From positions 1 to 53,150 of IMG/VR virus record IMGVR_UViG_3300025769_000161: a DNA stretch of 53,150 bases; one strand, given 5' to 3'. The DNA is from a virus (Duplodnaviria; Caudoviricetes). Below the pieces are notes generated by a model. The model saw only the letters and a program-made list of their open reading frames with translations. It searched no databases and was not told where the DNA came from. Shown here piece after piece: positions 37,601 through 46,668 of the stretch; within the stretch, counting starts at the first letter, position 1; the number at the start of each line of letters is the position of its first letter. The position numbers and the translations under genes were made by a program.

Positions 37601-40600
37601 CAGGAGTCTGTCTGGGATCTTGAGAACATGGAGTCCATCGATACTGGTGGTGATGGTTCTCCCATTGAGGGCCTCAAGCCTGAGGCTGACAGGGTGGGTG
37701 ATATCAGGGACATCCAGGGCCCACCAGCAGTAAACGTCGAGCAGGCAAAAGCCCAAAGGGGTATTGACGGCAAGTACAAGGACTACCAGATGAACAATGG
37801 TCAGTTTGCCATTGGAACAGACACAAAGCTGTCGCAAGAAGATATCGACTTCATAAACAAGAAGATCGCGCCCACTCTGTCCAGAAACCTCGACAACGTC
37901 ACGATAAGGGTTCACACCGACAAGGAGTCTGGAAAATATGTTGCTGGGAATAATTCAGACGGATCGCTGTACAACGGATACGCGGTAACGTATGAGGACG
38001 GTAGCGCTGTCATTCACATCGTCCCTGATGCAATCGCTGGTCAGACAAGAAAGAGCACTAGGTCGGTCCTCATGGAGGAGGCCATGCACGTTATAATGGG
38101 TCCAGCTCTGGTAGACTATTTCAAGTCAAACGAGAAGGGCGCTCAAAAACTTCTGACGGATCTTGCTGGAGTCACACGGTCACTTGCTAGGGAGTTCCCA
38201 GAACTGGTTGATCTTAACGAGCAGACCGCGCTCAAGATGATGACTTACGCGGACGGGAAGGACTTTAGTGAATTGAGTCAGGACCAGCAGGCTGCTATCT
38301 ACGAAGAAGCTGTATTTGAACAACTCTCAGAGCTTGCCCCGTACATGGACAAGAACACCTTGTCCAAGCAGCAAAAGAGCAAGTTCATGGATGTCGTCAA
38401 CAGATTGGCGAAGCACCTTGGCTTCCCGTTTGTCACGACCCCAGACGAAGCACTAGACCTTTTGAAGAGGGCTGGACAGATGTATAACGAGGGAAAGGCC
38501 CTTGAAGCTGATGTATCTTCTCAGGACAGAGAGTCGGCGTCTCGCAGTAACGCTAGGAAAAAGCACGTCCAGTCTCTTCCTGCCGACGATCAGTTCGTAA
38601 TGCGGTATGCGCAAAAGGTCGTTGCGAGAGGCGGGTATGCTGCTGGAATAGGCGTTGGAAGCAAGTCCAATGAGCAGACATTTAACGGCAAGGGCCACTT
38701 CATTAATTGGTGGAAAAGAGCCACTCTGAACGGAAAGCACTACGATCACTACAGCGGTTTTGAGGTCAGCACAGACGGGGGAAAAACATTCGAACCCGTG
38801 GATGTGGAAGCCATGAGAAACTGGAACTTCAAGCCACTCAAGAGGAGGGAGACGGAGTTCGAGAAAAAGAGGAGGCTTTGGGAGGAAGAGCAGGCTCTCA
38901 ATAGAAAGGTCATGGACCTTTTTAGAGACGAGTACGGTACGGAATGGGGCCTTTATACAAAGAAGCAAGAGGTGCAGGCGGAAATCTTCAAGACGTTTAT
39001 GACGGAAGAGGAGATTGAAGCTCACCTTGATAGCACCCCTTACGGAAGAGGAAAGGATAAAGGCGACTACGACTGGCACTCTCTGTCTACGGAAAAGAAA
39101 GAGGAGTTCCTTGCGGCGGCTGAGGTGTACACGGGAAGGCGGAATGATGATAGTGGATCGGACGTTTTGACCGAGAGGGCCAACAAGGAGCTCATGGACA
39201 TCAATAAGATCATGAGCATCGAAGACCTGAACGAAAGGGTTGAGAAGATGAAAAAGATGCTCAGCAGATACAAGTGCGGTGGTGACACCAACGCTTGTGA
39301 AATCAGAGGCGACAAAGCTTACTTGGCTGTGTATCTGGATATGGTGAAGGCGGCCATGGATCAGAGCGGATACTCTGTTAACGCTGCAGCTGATTTGCTG
39401 TCTGGTATGCTTAGGTTCCACAACGACTTGAGAATGTCGAGGGGGCAAAGACCGATTACTGAGATCCACAAAGAAAACAGAGAACTTGCGGAAATGGCGG
39501 CAGACATGATCGCCGAAAAATACGCGGGCACTACAGACATCATACCTAGAAACTACAGGGATTTCAACGATCTGTTCCTGACCACTATGGCGATTACGTC
39601 GAACGGCAACAGGTCATACGCTAACACTAGGCTGGCGTTGCGGTTGCATGATGCATTCTTGAAGAGGCTTAACGGAGGGGCTCAGTCTCTTAGTGAAGCC
39701 ATGGGTGACGTGATACTTGAGGGAATCAGGGAATACAACCCAGAGATAACTGGAGGCGATGTAAGGGCTACACGGGGCAATGCTGTGGCTGATGAACTCA
39801 AGGCGCTTATGGAGTTTGCTGACGCATACTACGACCCTGAGACCATGGCCTTTGATTCCGATGCCTTTGCCGCCGATCTGGGGAAAAAGAGAATTGGCAA
39901 GGATGGCCCTGCAGCCAGAGATATAATATCCAAGGAAGGTGGGGACGCACAGAAAATTGGTGAGTTTGTACCTGCCATCCTCGGACAGGATCAGAACTCC
40001 ACCTTGGCAAACGAGCTGTGGGTGATGAGGCTTATGTCTGCTCTTCAAGGTAATTTTAACTTGAAGCTCGACATGGAGGGCGAGCAGATGCTCCTCGACT
40101 ACAGCCTAATTCCGAACGTTCAGGAGTTTAACAGAAACAACAAGATTACCGACGACATGGCTAGACAGGGTCTGGCTAGTGTCGGAAGAGAGAACGCAAG
40201 TGAAATCACCGACCCAGTAGAGCTTGCTATTGGTGGACTGATTTACCAGAAGGCAAGAAAGGATATCACTCAAGCCCAGAGAAACTCTGCCATAAACTTG
40301 TTCAGAAAGGTCATAGGAAGGGATCAGCTGTTTAATCCGAAGACCAACCCGATGGAGACCAAGGCTATTCTGAAAAAGACGGCCCAACTCCTTAACGAAA
40401 TGTACGGTCTTGCAGAGGGGGACCAGCAATGGAACGCTTTCATCGTACAGCAAGCCCTTTGGGAATCTGCCCAGGAAAGCATGGGTTACTTCCAGGACGG
40501 ACAGTACAGCGCAGTAGACTACAAGACTCAGCTGGAGAGAATCAAGGAGGCTGATGACTGGTCTACCATGGACGACTATTACGTCGACACACATAACGTT

Positions 40601-43600
40601 AGTCACGTACTCGACAGTCACTCTAACGGAAAAAACGTATCCTCAGAGAGAGCGTCTATGCAGCTTGACCTGTTTGGTGATACAGAATCTGACCTTGAAA
40701 TACAGGCTGATCAGTCGCCACTCTGGAGAGCTAGGACCATTGAGAATGTACCCCTTGTGAACACCAAGACTGGAAAACAGGCTATGTCCGATGACCTTGT
40801 CTCCGATGCCCTGCAAACAGATAAAACTTCTGTCAGGATTATGGGGGAGAATAACGAGGTCAATGAAGGGGACATAGTGGCTGTCAGGCTTAACCTTAAT
40901 GTCAAGAAGAACACGGGGGTGCCAGTACAAACCATACACGAAAGAACGGCAAGCGGAAAGGCTCTGCAGTATGGAGGGGCGGTGACACTTAGGAACGTTA
41001 CTCTGGACGTAAATCAAAACGCCAGAGAAAAGATCGTTACGTTCAGGGAAAACAAGTTCCCCATGGCTGCTGTAAGGGGAGAGTTTGTTTCCTCTGGAGT
41101 GGAAGGTGCAAATCTAAATGGGGTTGTTGCTACGTTCAACCCGTTCAAGCAACACCTGTTTGTGGATGCTGCTGGTAGACCAATCAAGTCTGCCGAGGAA
41201 GCCACAGTGATCGGGAACACCGTTATCCTGAGGGGAGAGATTGAGTACTACGATCCTTCTGATCCTGTAGCACAAAGAGGATTCCAGGAAACTGACGCCA
41301 ATAAGGCGGCTAGACTGGACAAGGGGAGTGATAAGTATGAGGGTAATCTCAGGAGGTTTGAAGCATTTATGGAGCGTGCGATGGGTATTACCCATGAGAC
41401 CAGAGAGCAACTAGAGGCCGCTTACGAAGACCTATCTGTTAGCTCCAAGGTTGCGCTTTCTGAATCCGAGATAGCCGAAGGAATGGCTACGGCACACGAA
41501 CGTGCCAGCGTATCCGAGTATACGGATGGAAAGAGAATGAGGGGAACAGCGAGGAAGCAAGCCCCACTCTTTGGTACGGACACTAGATCCCAGATCATAA
41601 ACAATCCTGAGAACTTCATTAAGCCTCAGAAAATCAAGGAGATAAGGGAAGACCTTACGGCCTATACTGATGGAGAGCTCGTCAGCTTTATGACAGACGA
41701 CTCTATTGGAAGACTCTCTCAGAGAAATGACGACATTGGGGTGTTGGCAGGAGCTGAACTGCTGTCCAGAGCCATTGCAAGGGGAGAGACAGACAGAATC
41801 CCTGGGCTCATTGCTGAGCTGGCCTCTATCGGTACTTCAGCTGGTAGAATTCTTAGACACTTCAGAGAGCTGAAAAGCTCCAACCCATACAGCCTTGCAA
41901 AGATAATTGAGTCCGCTGTGATTCAGGGCGGAAACAAGTTGTCAGAAGAACAGACTCAGAGGCTGAATGATATCTGCACCAAGCTTTATGATCAGCAGGC
42001 TAGGGTCGAAGACCTTATGAAGAAGGGGATTGCGGGCGAGGATGTTGACGCTGAATTTGAAGCAGCATTGAAAGAGATGCAGGCTACTGAGCGTCAGCTC
42101 GATACGTTTGCCAACGCAATGGTCGAGAAAGGTTGGGGAACAATCTTCAAGCAGCTGGTTCAGGGTAACCTTCTCACCCCGTTCTCTCAGATAGTTAACG
42201 TGGGTGCAAACACCGTGAACCTGTTTGGGCAAGCCATTGTCGACTCTGGATCTTTGCCTGTGGAGGAGGCCATGGTTAGGGCTGGAAACCTGATCGGAAA
42301 GAATCTTGAGCGGAAGCGCAGGCCCAGCCTGATGGCTTACTTCTACGCTATGAAGAGGTTTGGTGCTGGTTTCGTGGAGGCTGCCGATCAAATCTTAACG
42401 GGACAAGACAAGGATAGGTCTGAGTGGAGAATGGCTAGAGGCTTTGCTCCGTTTAGATCTCTCATGGCTGTTTGGGGAAATGATCTACCGCTTGGTGTTG
42501 ACGGAAAGGGGAGCCCAAGTCAGAAGGCTAAGCTTATCGTTCAGGGAACTCTCGGTATACCAGCAGAGACAATGTTTAGGTTCCTGTCTTTGGGTGACAT
42601 CCCGTTTAGGAGGTGGGCTGAAGCTAAACACCTGTATCAGCTTGGCGTGTCCAGAGGATTAGAGGGAGAGGCGCTAAACAGATTCCTGAAGTTCCCGAAC
42701 AAGAAGGACCTTGAGGTTGCTCAGAGGTCTGGAAGGAAGCTCACCTTCCAAGAAGAAGGGTTTGTAAGTGGGGTTGTAAACCAGACCGTGGGCACAATGG
42801 AAAGCGCCCTGGCAAAAGGATTTGAGATGATTCCTGGAGTCAAGAACGGTCGGAACTTTGCTACTGCCATCATGGGTGTTGTCCTCCCATACAGGAGTAC
42901 CCCAGCCAACATCTTGCAAGAGACCTTTACTTGGACCAACCCCTATGTAGGCCTCACTAGAATGGCAAACGAGTTGTCTAAGGGAGAAACCGAAGAGGCT
43001 TCCAAGACCATGACTAAGATGATGCTGGGGGCTACCACTCTGGAAGCGGCCATGATGATGATATCAGAAGGCATTATATCTGGACCTGTAGACTGGCAAG
43101 ACGACGAAAAGCGGAACATGGCTTATGACTTGTTCCCCCCTAACTCCATAAACGTCTCCGCCCTTGAGAGACTGATAAACGGAGAAGACCCGTCTCACAG
43201 CGTGGACGACACATTTTTGAGGTACGACAAGATGGGTATGTTCGGGGCGATTATGGCTACGGCTGTACAATCCATAGACTCTGATGACCTTGCTGACATA
43301 AAGGGCAGGGAGTATGGGGGTCCAGTTGAGTTTACGTCTCACCTTCTGTCCGACTACTTCGGAGCCTCGTCTGTCTCTGCGGCATCCGCTATGATGGAGC
43401 AGAGTTTTGTTCAGGGCCTGAATCAGTTCTTGCAAATTCTTATCGGAGATAACGTTGAACGTGATATGGAAAGGTTCGTCACTACCGCCTTCCGAGCAGG
43501 AAGTGCAGCTGTATTGCCCAACACTCTCACGTCACTGTACAAGTCTGAAAGAGTCTTCTTGCCTGACGCAAGGACTACAAAGGACATGACTACAGCCGAA

Positions 43601-44212
43601 AGGATCCTCAAGAAGTTTGAGTACACGCTCAAGGAGAGAACCTTTGGCATGTCTGATGTCCCTATCAGAGTTGACTGGAAAGGACAGGACATTACTCAGA
43701 CTCCAAGAGGTGCTAACGGGTACTTCTATGAGATGTTCGATCTTACCAGAGCCAGACAAGGATCGGCTGACCCGCTGTCAAATGAGATTTGGAGACTGTA
43801 CGAACAGACTGAAGAGTTGGCTGACGTTTGCTCGACCCCTGGATACGCAGAGAAGAGAGCTGTTGCTGTGCCAAACATAACTTCCAAGAGAGACCTTCGC
43901 TTGAAAGCCGCGCTTCCCAAGCAATACTCATGGATGGAAGATGAAGAGTTCATGGCAGAGAGCGTTTACCTCAACACAGAGCAGATAAACAGGCTCATGA
44001 AGATATCTGGACAAAACAGATATAACGCTGCGATGGCTGTTGTTGAGTCCCCAGAGTACAAGAATGCAAACGATCAAGACAGGATCGAAATGCTGAAGGA
44101 TGTCAATGATGAGTACAATGGGGCGAAGGAGTACAATGATGAAGGATTTGAGGATCACACAATAGAGTTATTCAATATCATTCAGGACATATACGATGGC
44201 AGATCAGAATAA
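34652..44212 (+). CDS. giant multidomain (polyvalent) ejection protein, 3186 aa
   Basis: G/A-rich membrane-like segments, coiled coil, several enzyme-like modules, helical C-terminus with PYRSTPANI. Confidence 0.75.
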   Translation: MNVAQQDMVKALLNQGKTQEEIKKFLLVSNPTQQISDEEIAEISNPDQKKKEQGALKEEEPGDTPSEPSEKSSESTPETSEEPSKKQPLVTFSPQLEDDPEPLVNQFRNYLLDVHGTDKNEKGEPIIGAYTLSDNARLAGGFGLMAFEWAKESGLTQEGENAFEDFPKYEGQFVEFLEKEYGDYERSEEDNKNYLAGSIYMDISNGHRDIIVNNRDALPSEINDKIRKFDDDYVNEIIPILGFETEDQLEELSELMYENYNFRLNFDGDSVYNEDVSGLLAPFAAVGAGAVDMVSGPASLIAGPFAWLANKLDGDSSNDKTYAESVADIDQLFANVTDNIRKKGMKDYQDYGFEEMSENPLHGIGWAIQGIAESAPLMAASIGAGIATGGTSVMAQAVAGGAAIAGSVATNTFVDSYREDLNATREGMTPIFDMTASGNGKRFLMALGSGVIEGGSGVILRGALGRVTGKGGTHDIFRKIFLGTKNPRTRLEQLLIYGGPAFAEVPAETMVEVSAQMYRDWTEYTLGNKDYDPDQIWENALKTAEASVVTTAGLSTAGTGVAMVRERNNLSQGSRIDTNDPYRELEIENMSNSPADEGNYMRLWYRFEGEGVDFRSQAEANIAMADSSPFDLDENSTSQDYINAYEKHRKTNRDKYRAIRLRDPKRFYRLLAIDKKLAGIVQTGRLAEANMSSETLNDRAIERNKNKRNQKRKEFIDLMDERRRLYMEFEFNNDFSKGEQIQIDDQQTASRVNQLDGQVADAETALAAAERSQGGEAGNPLIVKQKEEDLQSARDRRDRANELVTEVNNTRDEIERMQQRGAPIETLKKYVGTLIDTEQELADLLEVNNRATGNKRKRNDMEVLAPVERPVTWSAADQARNHFADEGSMGSTFTLDGTDHAGKPMASVSIFPERSIVVDGQMSEADLIAKLDEFKETNKDILEGNEDVIAIGTFYSPESEKTFIDLSAVVDKETAVELGKQYNQESVWDLENMESIDTGGDGSPIEGLKPEADRVGDIRDIQGPPAVNVEQAKAQRGIDGKYKDYQMNNGQFAIGTDTKLSQEDIDFINKKIAPTLSRNLDNVTIRVHTDKESGKYVAGNNSDGSLYNGYAVTYEDGSAVIHIVPDAIAGQTRKSTRSVLMEEAMHVIMGPALVDYFKSNEKGAQKLLTDLAGVTRSLAREFPELVDLNEQTALKMMTYADGKDFSELSQDQQAAIYEEAVFEQLSELAPYMDKNTLSKQQKSKFMDVVNRLAKHLGFPFVTTPDEALDLLKRAGQMYNEGKALEADVSSQDRESASRSNARKKHVQSLPADDQFVMRYAQKVVARGGYAAGIGVGSKSNEQTFNGKGHFINWWKRATLNGKHYDHYSGFEVSTDGGKTFEPVDVEAMRNWNFKPLKRRETEFEKKRRLWEEEQALNRKVMDLFRDEYGTEWGLYTKKQEVQAEIFKTFMTEEEIEAHLDSTPYGRGKDKGDYDWHSLSTEKKEEFLAAAEVYTGRRNDDSGSDVLTERANKELMDINKIMSIEDLNERVEKMKKMLSRYKCGGDTNACEIRGDKAYLAVYLDMVKAAMDQSGYSVNAAADLLSGMLRFHNDLRMSRGQRPITEIHKENRELAEMAADMIAEKYAGTTDIIPRNYRDFNDLFLTTMAITSNGNRSYANTRLALRLHDAFLKRLNGGAQSLSEAMGDVILEGIREYNPEITGGDVRATRGNAVADELKALMEFADAYYDPETMAFDSDAFAADLGKKRIGKDGPAARDIISKEGGDAQKIGEFVPAILGQDQNSTLANELWVMRLMSALQGNFNLKLDMEGEQMLLDYSLIPNVQEFNRNNKITDDMARQGLASVGRENASEITDPVELAIGGLIYQKARKDITQAQRNSAINLFRKVIGRDQLFNPKTNPMETKAILKKTAQLLNEMYGLAEGDQQWNAFIVQQALWESAQESMGYFQDGQYSAVDYKTQLERIKEADDWSTMDDYYVDTHNVSHVLDSHSNGKNVSSERASMQLDLFGDTESDLEIQADQSPLWRARTIENVPLVNTKTGKQAMSDDLVSDALQTDKTSVRIMGENNEVNEGDIVAVRLNLNVKKNTGVPVQTIHERTASGKALQYGGAVTLRNVTLDVNQNAREKIVTFRENKFPMAAVRGEFVSSGVEGANLNGVVATFNPFKQHLFVDAAGRPIKSAEEATVIGNTVILRGEIEYYDPSDPVAQRGFQETDANKAARLDKGSDKYEGNLRRFEAFMERAMGITHETREQLEAAYEDLSVSSKVALSESEIAEGMATAHERASVSEYTDGKRMRGTARKQAPLFGTDTRSQIINNPENFIKPQKIKEIREDLTAYTDGELVSFMTDDSIGRLSQRNDDIGVLAGAELLSRAIARGETDRIPGLIAELASIGTSAGRILRHFRELKSSNPYSLAKIIESAVIQGGNKLSEEQTQRLNDICTKLYDQQARVEDLMKKGIAGEDVDAEFEAALKEMQATERQLDTFANAMVEKGWGTIFKQLVQGNLLTPFSQIVNVGANTVNLFGQAIVDSGSLPVEEAMVRAGNLIGKNLERKRRPSLMAYFYAMKRFGAGFVEAADQILTGQDKDRSEWRMARGFAPFRSLMAVWGNDLPLGVDGKGSPSQKAKLIVQGTLGIPAETMFRFLSLGDIPFRRWAEAKHLYQLGVSRGLEGEALNRFLKFPNKKDLEVAQRSGRKLTFQEEGFVSGVVNQTVGTMESALAKGFEMIPGVKNGRNFATAIMGVVLPYRSTPANILQETFTWTNPYVGLTRMANELSKGETEEASKTMTKMMLGATTLEAAMMMISEGIISGPVDWQDDEKRNMAYDLFPPNSINVSALERLINGEDPSHSVDDTFLRYDKMGMFGAIMATAVQSIDSDDLADIKGREYGGPVEFTSHLLSDYFGASSVSAASAMMEQSFVQGLNQFLQILIGDNVERDMERFVTTAFRAGSAAVLPNTLTSLYKSERVFLPDARTTKDMTTAERILKKFEYTLKERTFGMSDVPIRVDWKGQDITQTPRGANGYFYEMFDLTRARQGSADPLSNEIWRLYEQTEELADVCSTPGYAEKRAVAVPNITSKRDLRLKAALPKQYSWMEDEEFMAESVYLNTEQINRLMKISGQNRYNAAMAVVESPEYKNANDQDRIEMLKDVNDEYNGAKEYNDEGFEDHTIELFNIIQDIYDGRSE

Positions 44213-44645
44213 GAAGTTTAAGGACACCAAGGTCGGGAGGTGGGTTGCTGAGAAACTGCCTGATGTGGCAGATACGCTCGGCGGGGTGCTCCCTGATCAA
44301 GGTGTCTTAGGCGTGGTCAAGCGCGTTGTTGCAGGAGATCCTGAGTTGTCAGCAGAAGATAAGCTTGAGTTTGAAAGACTGGCCGCCGAACAAGAAATGA
44401 ATGCTCAGGAGCAAGTTACAAGGAGGTGGGAGGCTGACGCCAAGTCTGATGTCAAGCTTGCCAAGTATATCAGGCCCATGACCCTGATCGTACTGATCGT
44501 ATTCTTTATGGTCCTGACTGTATGGGATGGTATGGACATGAGCTTTATGCCCCCAGAAAACTACATCGACCTCCTCGAAGTCCTGATGCTTGCTGTGTTC
44601 AGCGCGTACTTTGCAGGAAGAACGATAGAAAAGGTCAGAAAGTAA
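44196..44645 (+). CDS. holin-like protein (3TM/GTA holin-like)
   Basis: RWEAD...KYIRPMTL, two TM helices, AYFAGRTIEK. Confidence 0.7.
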   Translation: MADQNKKFKDTKVGRWVAEKLPDVADTLGGVLPDQGVLGVVKRVVAGDPELSAEDKLEFERLAAEQEMNAQEQVTRRWEADAKSDVKLAKYIRPMTLIVLIVFFMVLTVWDGMDMSFMPPENYIDLLEVLMLAVFSAYFAGRTIEKVRK

Positions 44646-44670
44646 GAGAGGCCCCGAAGGGCCCCTCTCT
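44645..44670. terminator. hairpin at convergence of the two transcription blocks
   Basis: Minus strand AGAGGGGCCC-TTCG-GGGCCTCTCT, 10 bp. Confidence 0.75.
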
Positions 44671-44746
44671 AAGGTTAGCGAAATTACCCCGCACTAAGTC
44701 GGTGTAACGGTGCTAAGATAGTACAGCTGGCTTACCCAGCATTCGC

Positions 44747-46639
44747 TTATCGGACGGGACATGCTCCAGTATCGCAGTTGTCGATTTCAATCTCGTCAAG
44801 CGAGAGCTTGTCCAGAGACGTAATCGGGGTGACACCAGCTTTCATCTCCTCGTACTGCTCCTTTGTAATCTCTTCCAGCGGGGCCTGATCAAAACCATGG
44901 TCGCTGTGGAGGAGGAAAGAAACAGACTTGGTATCGATATAGTGGTCGTGTAACCACCAGCGGATAGCCTCCAGCTCTTCCTTGCGGTAGTAGATGGTAA
45001 CGCTGACGCTGTTGTCTGACCACTCGGCTTGCAACCTGCGGATAACGTCCAGCTGATCACATGCGCTCATGTCGTCAGCGAACTGCGTGCCCTCAGGGAA
45101 CGAGCAAGGGAAGCTAACAACCACCGTGCTGTGGTCTTCAGTCCCGTCGAAGTTGCGGACGTACTCTACGTGGTACCCGTTGCTCCGAGCAACTCGTGCA
45201 AGCTCGCTATCTGTAGCCATTCGGATTCTCCTAATGTAATATTGGGAGTATCCAGGGTGAGCCCCTGGTGTAACACCAGCAAGTAGAGACAGCGTTCCAG
45301 AGGGTTTAACTGTAGTAAGCTTAATGGAAGGAGGGAAGCCATGTATCTCGGAGTACTCTTTGTCGTATGCGCGAAGATACGTATAAGCTTTGTCCAACCA
45401 AGACTTTTGTTCTTCGGAAGCTTGCAGGTAACCAGTAACACCGATGCCCATTCGCATGTTTTTGTGTACGATGTCCTCGGTCTCCTTCAGTGAGCAGGGG
45501 ATCGAAAGGCTGTGCTTGTTCACTCTGTAGAGGTAACGGAGAACCTTCCTCAACTCATCGTAAGTCTCAATGTTCGGGAGGTACACCTCGGCCAGACAGC
45601 AGGTCTCAAAGTTCTCAAGGCTTTGCTCAGCACAGGGGTTGTACCCCATTACATTTGGATCAGGGTACTGAGTGTCTCCAGTCCTGCCCATCCTGCGAGA
45701 AGCTTTCAGGTTGATCAGCCCGTAGGGCTCACCATTACCCTTGTACCCTTCCCAGAACTCCTCAGGGAGCTTAGAGATGTCGTCGCACACAACAGAGTTG
45801 TTGGACATAGCCCTCCAGTTAGGGATGTTGCCGAGGTCCCAACGCTTGGCACGCAGGAACTCAATGTCGTCATGGTCACCAAGAGCGATCTGAGCAGACC
45901 TCCTGACGTTACCAGCCACCACGATTTTGCCAATGATGTTCATGATGTCGAGGCAGTCCACGCTAGACAGACGTCGACCAGCCTTGGCGTTCAGGATCTT
46001 GTTGATCTCCATCATACCCCAGACCAGGTCCTCGCTACCGCTGGCGGTACCGCCAAACCCCTTAATCTTGGCACCCTTTGGGCGGATTAGATGAGTGGCG
46101 AACGTGAATCCTTCTCCAGTCTCGAAGCTTGCACGAAGGACTTTGTCCAACAGCTTCACCCACCCCTCACGTGAGTCGGGAACGATAAAGTCTGCATCGT
46201 TGACGTTGTCCCTCTCGATAGCAACCTTTGCCTTAACCTTAGGTAGTTGGTAGATGTGTTCGCGCTGGATGTTGAATCCCACTCCGCTCCCAAGCATGAG
46301 CATCTCAAAGGCCCACGTGAACGGGCGGATAGGCTCGTCGATGACAACGAAAGAACAGTTTTGCAAGGACGGAAGTCCAAGATTGTCTACGGTCTTGGTT
46401 CCGAGTTGCCACAGAAAGCGGCCAGCTACAGTTCCCTTCAGGTCCAGCATGATGTTTCTCAGCTCCTCCTGATCGACCTCGTTGAAGTTGCATCCGAGCT
46501 GTTCGTTGCACGCTTTGACTACGCGCTCAACAGTGTCGGGCCACTCCTCGGTCTTTCCGTCTTCGGTAGGCCTAGAGTACGTTCGTTTGAACGTGGGGTA
46601 TCCTACCTCACCCCATGGGATAAGTTTTTCTGTGCTCAT
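44747..46639 (-). CDS. nrdJ: class II (B12-dependent) ribonucleotide reductase
   Basis: KRTYSR, LQNC, VVAGNVRRSA, NPCAEQ, TTVKPSGT, C-terminal CDTGACP. Confidence 0.92.
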   Translation of the reverse strand: MSTEKLIPWGEVGYPTFKRTYSRPTEDGKTEEWPDTVERVVKACNEQLGCNFNEVDQEELRNIMLDLKGTVAGRFLWQLGTKTVDNLGLPSLQNCSFVVIDEPIRPFTWAFEMLMLGSGVGFNIQREHIYQLPKVKAKVAIERDNVNDADFIVPDSREGWVKLLDKVLRASFETGEGFTFATHLIRPKGAKIKGFGGTASGSEDLVWGMMEINKILNAKAGRRLSSVDCLDIMNIIGKIVVAGNVRRSAQIALGDHDDIEFLRAKRWDLGNIPNWRAMSNNSVVCDDISKLPEEFWEGYKGNGEPYGLINLKASRRMGRTGDTQYPDPNVMGYNPCAEQSLENFETCCLAEVYLPNIETYDELRKVLRYLYRVNKHSLSIPCSLKETEDIVHKNMRMGIGVTGYLQASEEQKSWLDKAYTYLRAYDKEYSEIHGFPPSIKLTTVKPSGTLSLLAGVTPGAHPGYSQYYIRRIRMATDSELARVARSNGYHVEYVRNFDGTEDHSTVVVSFPCSFPEGTQFADDMSACDQLDVIRRLQAEWSDNSVSVTIYYRKEELEAIRWWLHDHYIDTKSVSFLLHSDHGFDQAPLEEITKEQYEEMKAGVTPITSLDKLSLDEIEIDNCDTGACPVR

Positions 46640-46668
46640 AATTTTTTTTGGAAAGGCTTACAAGATAG

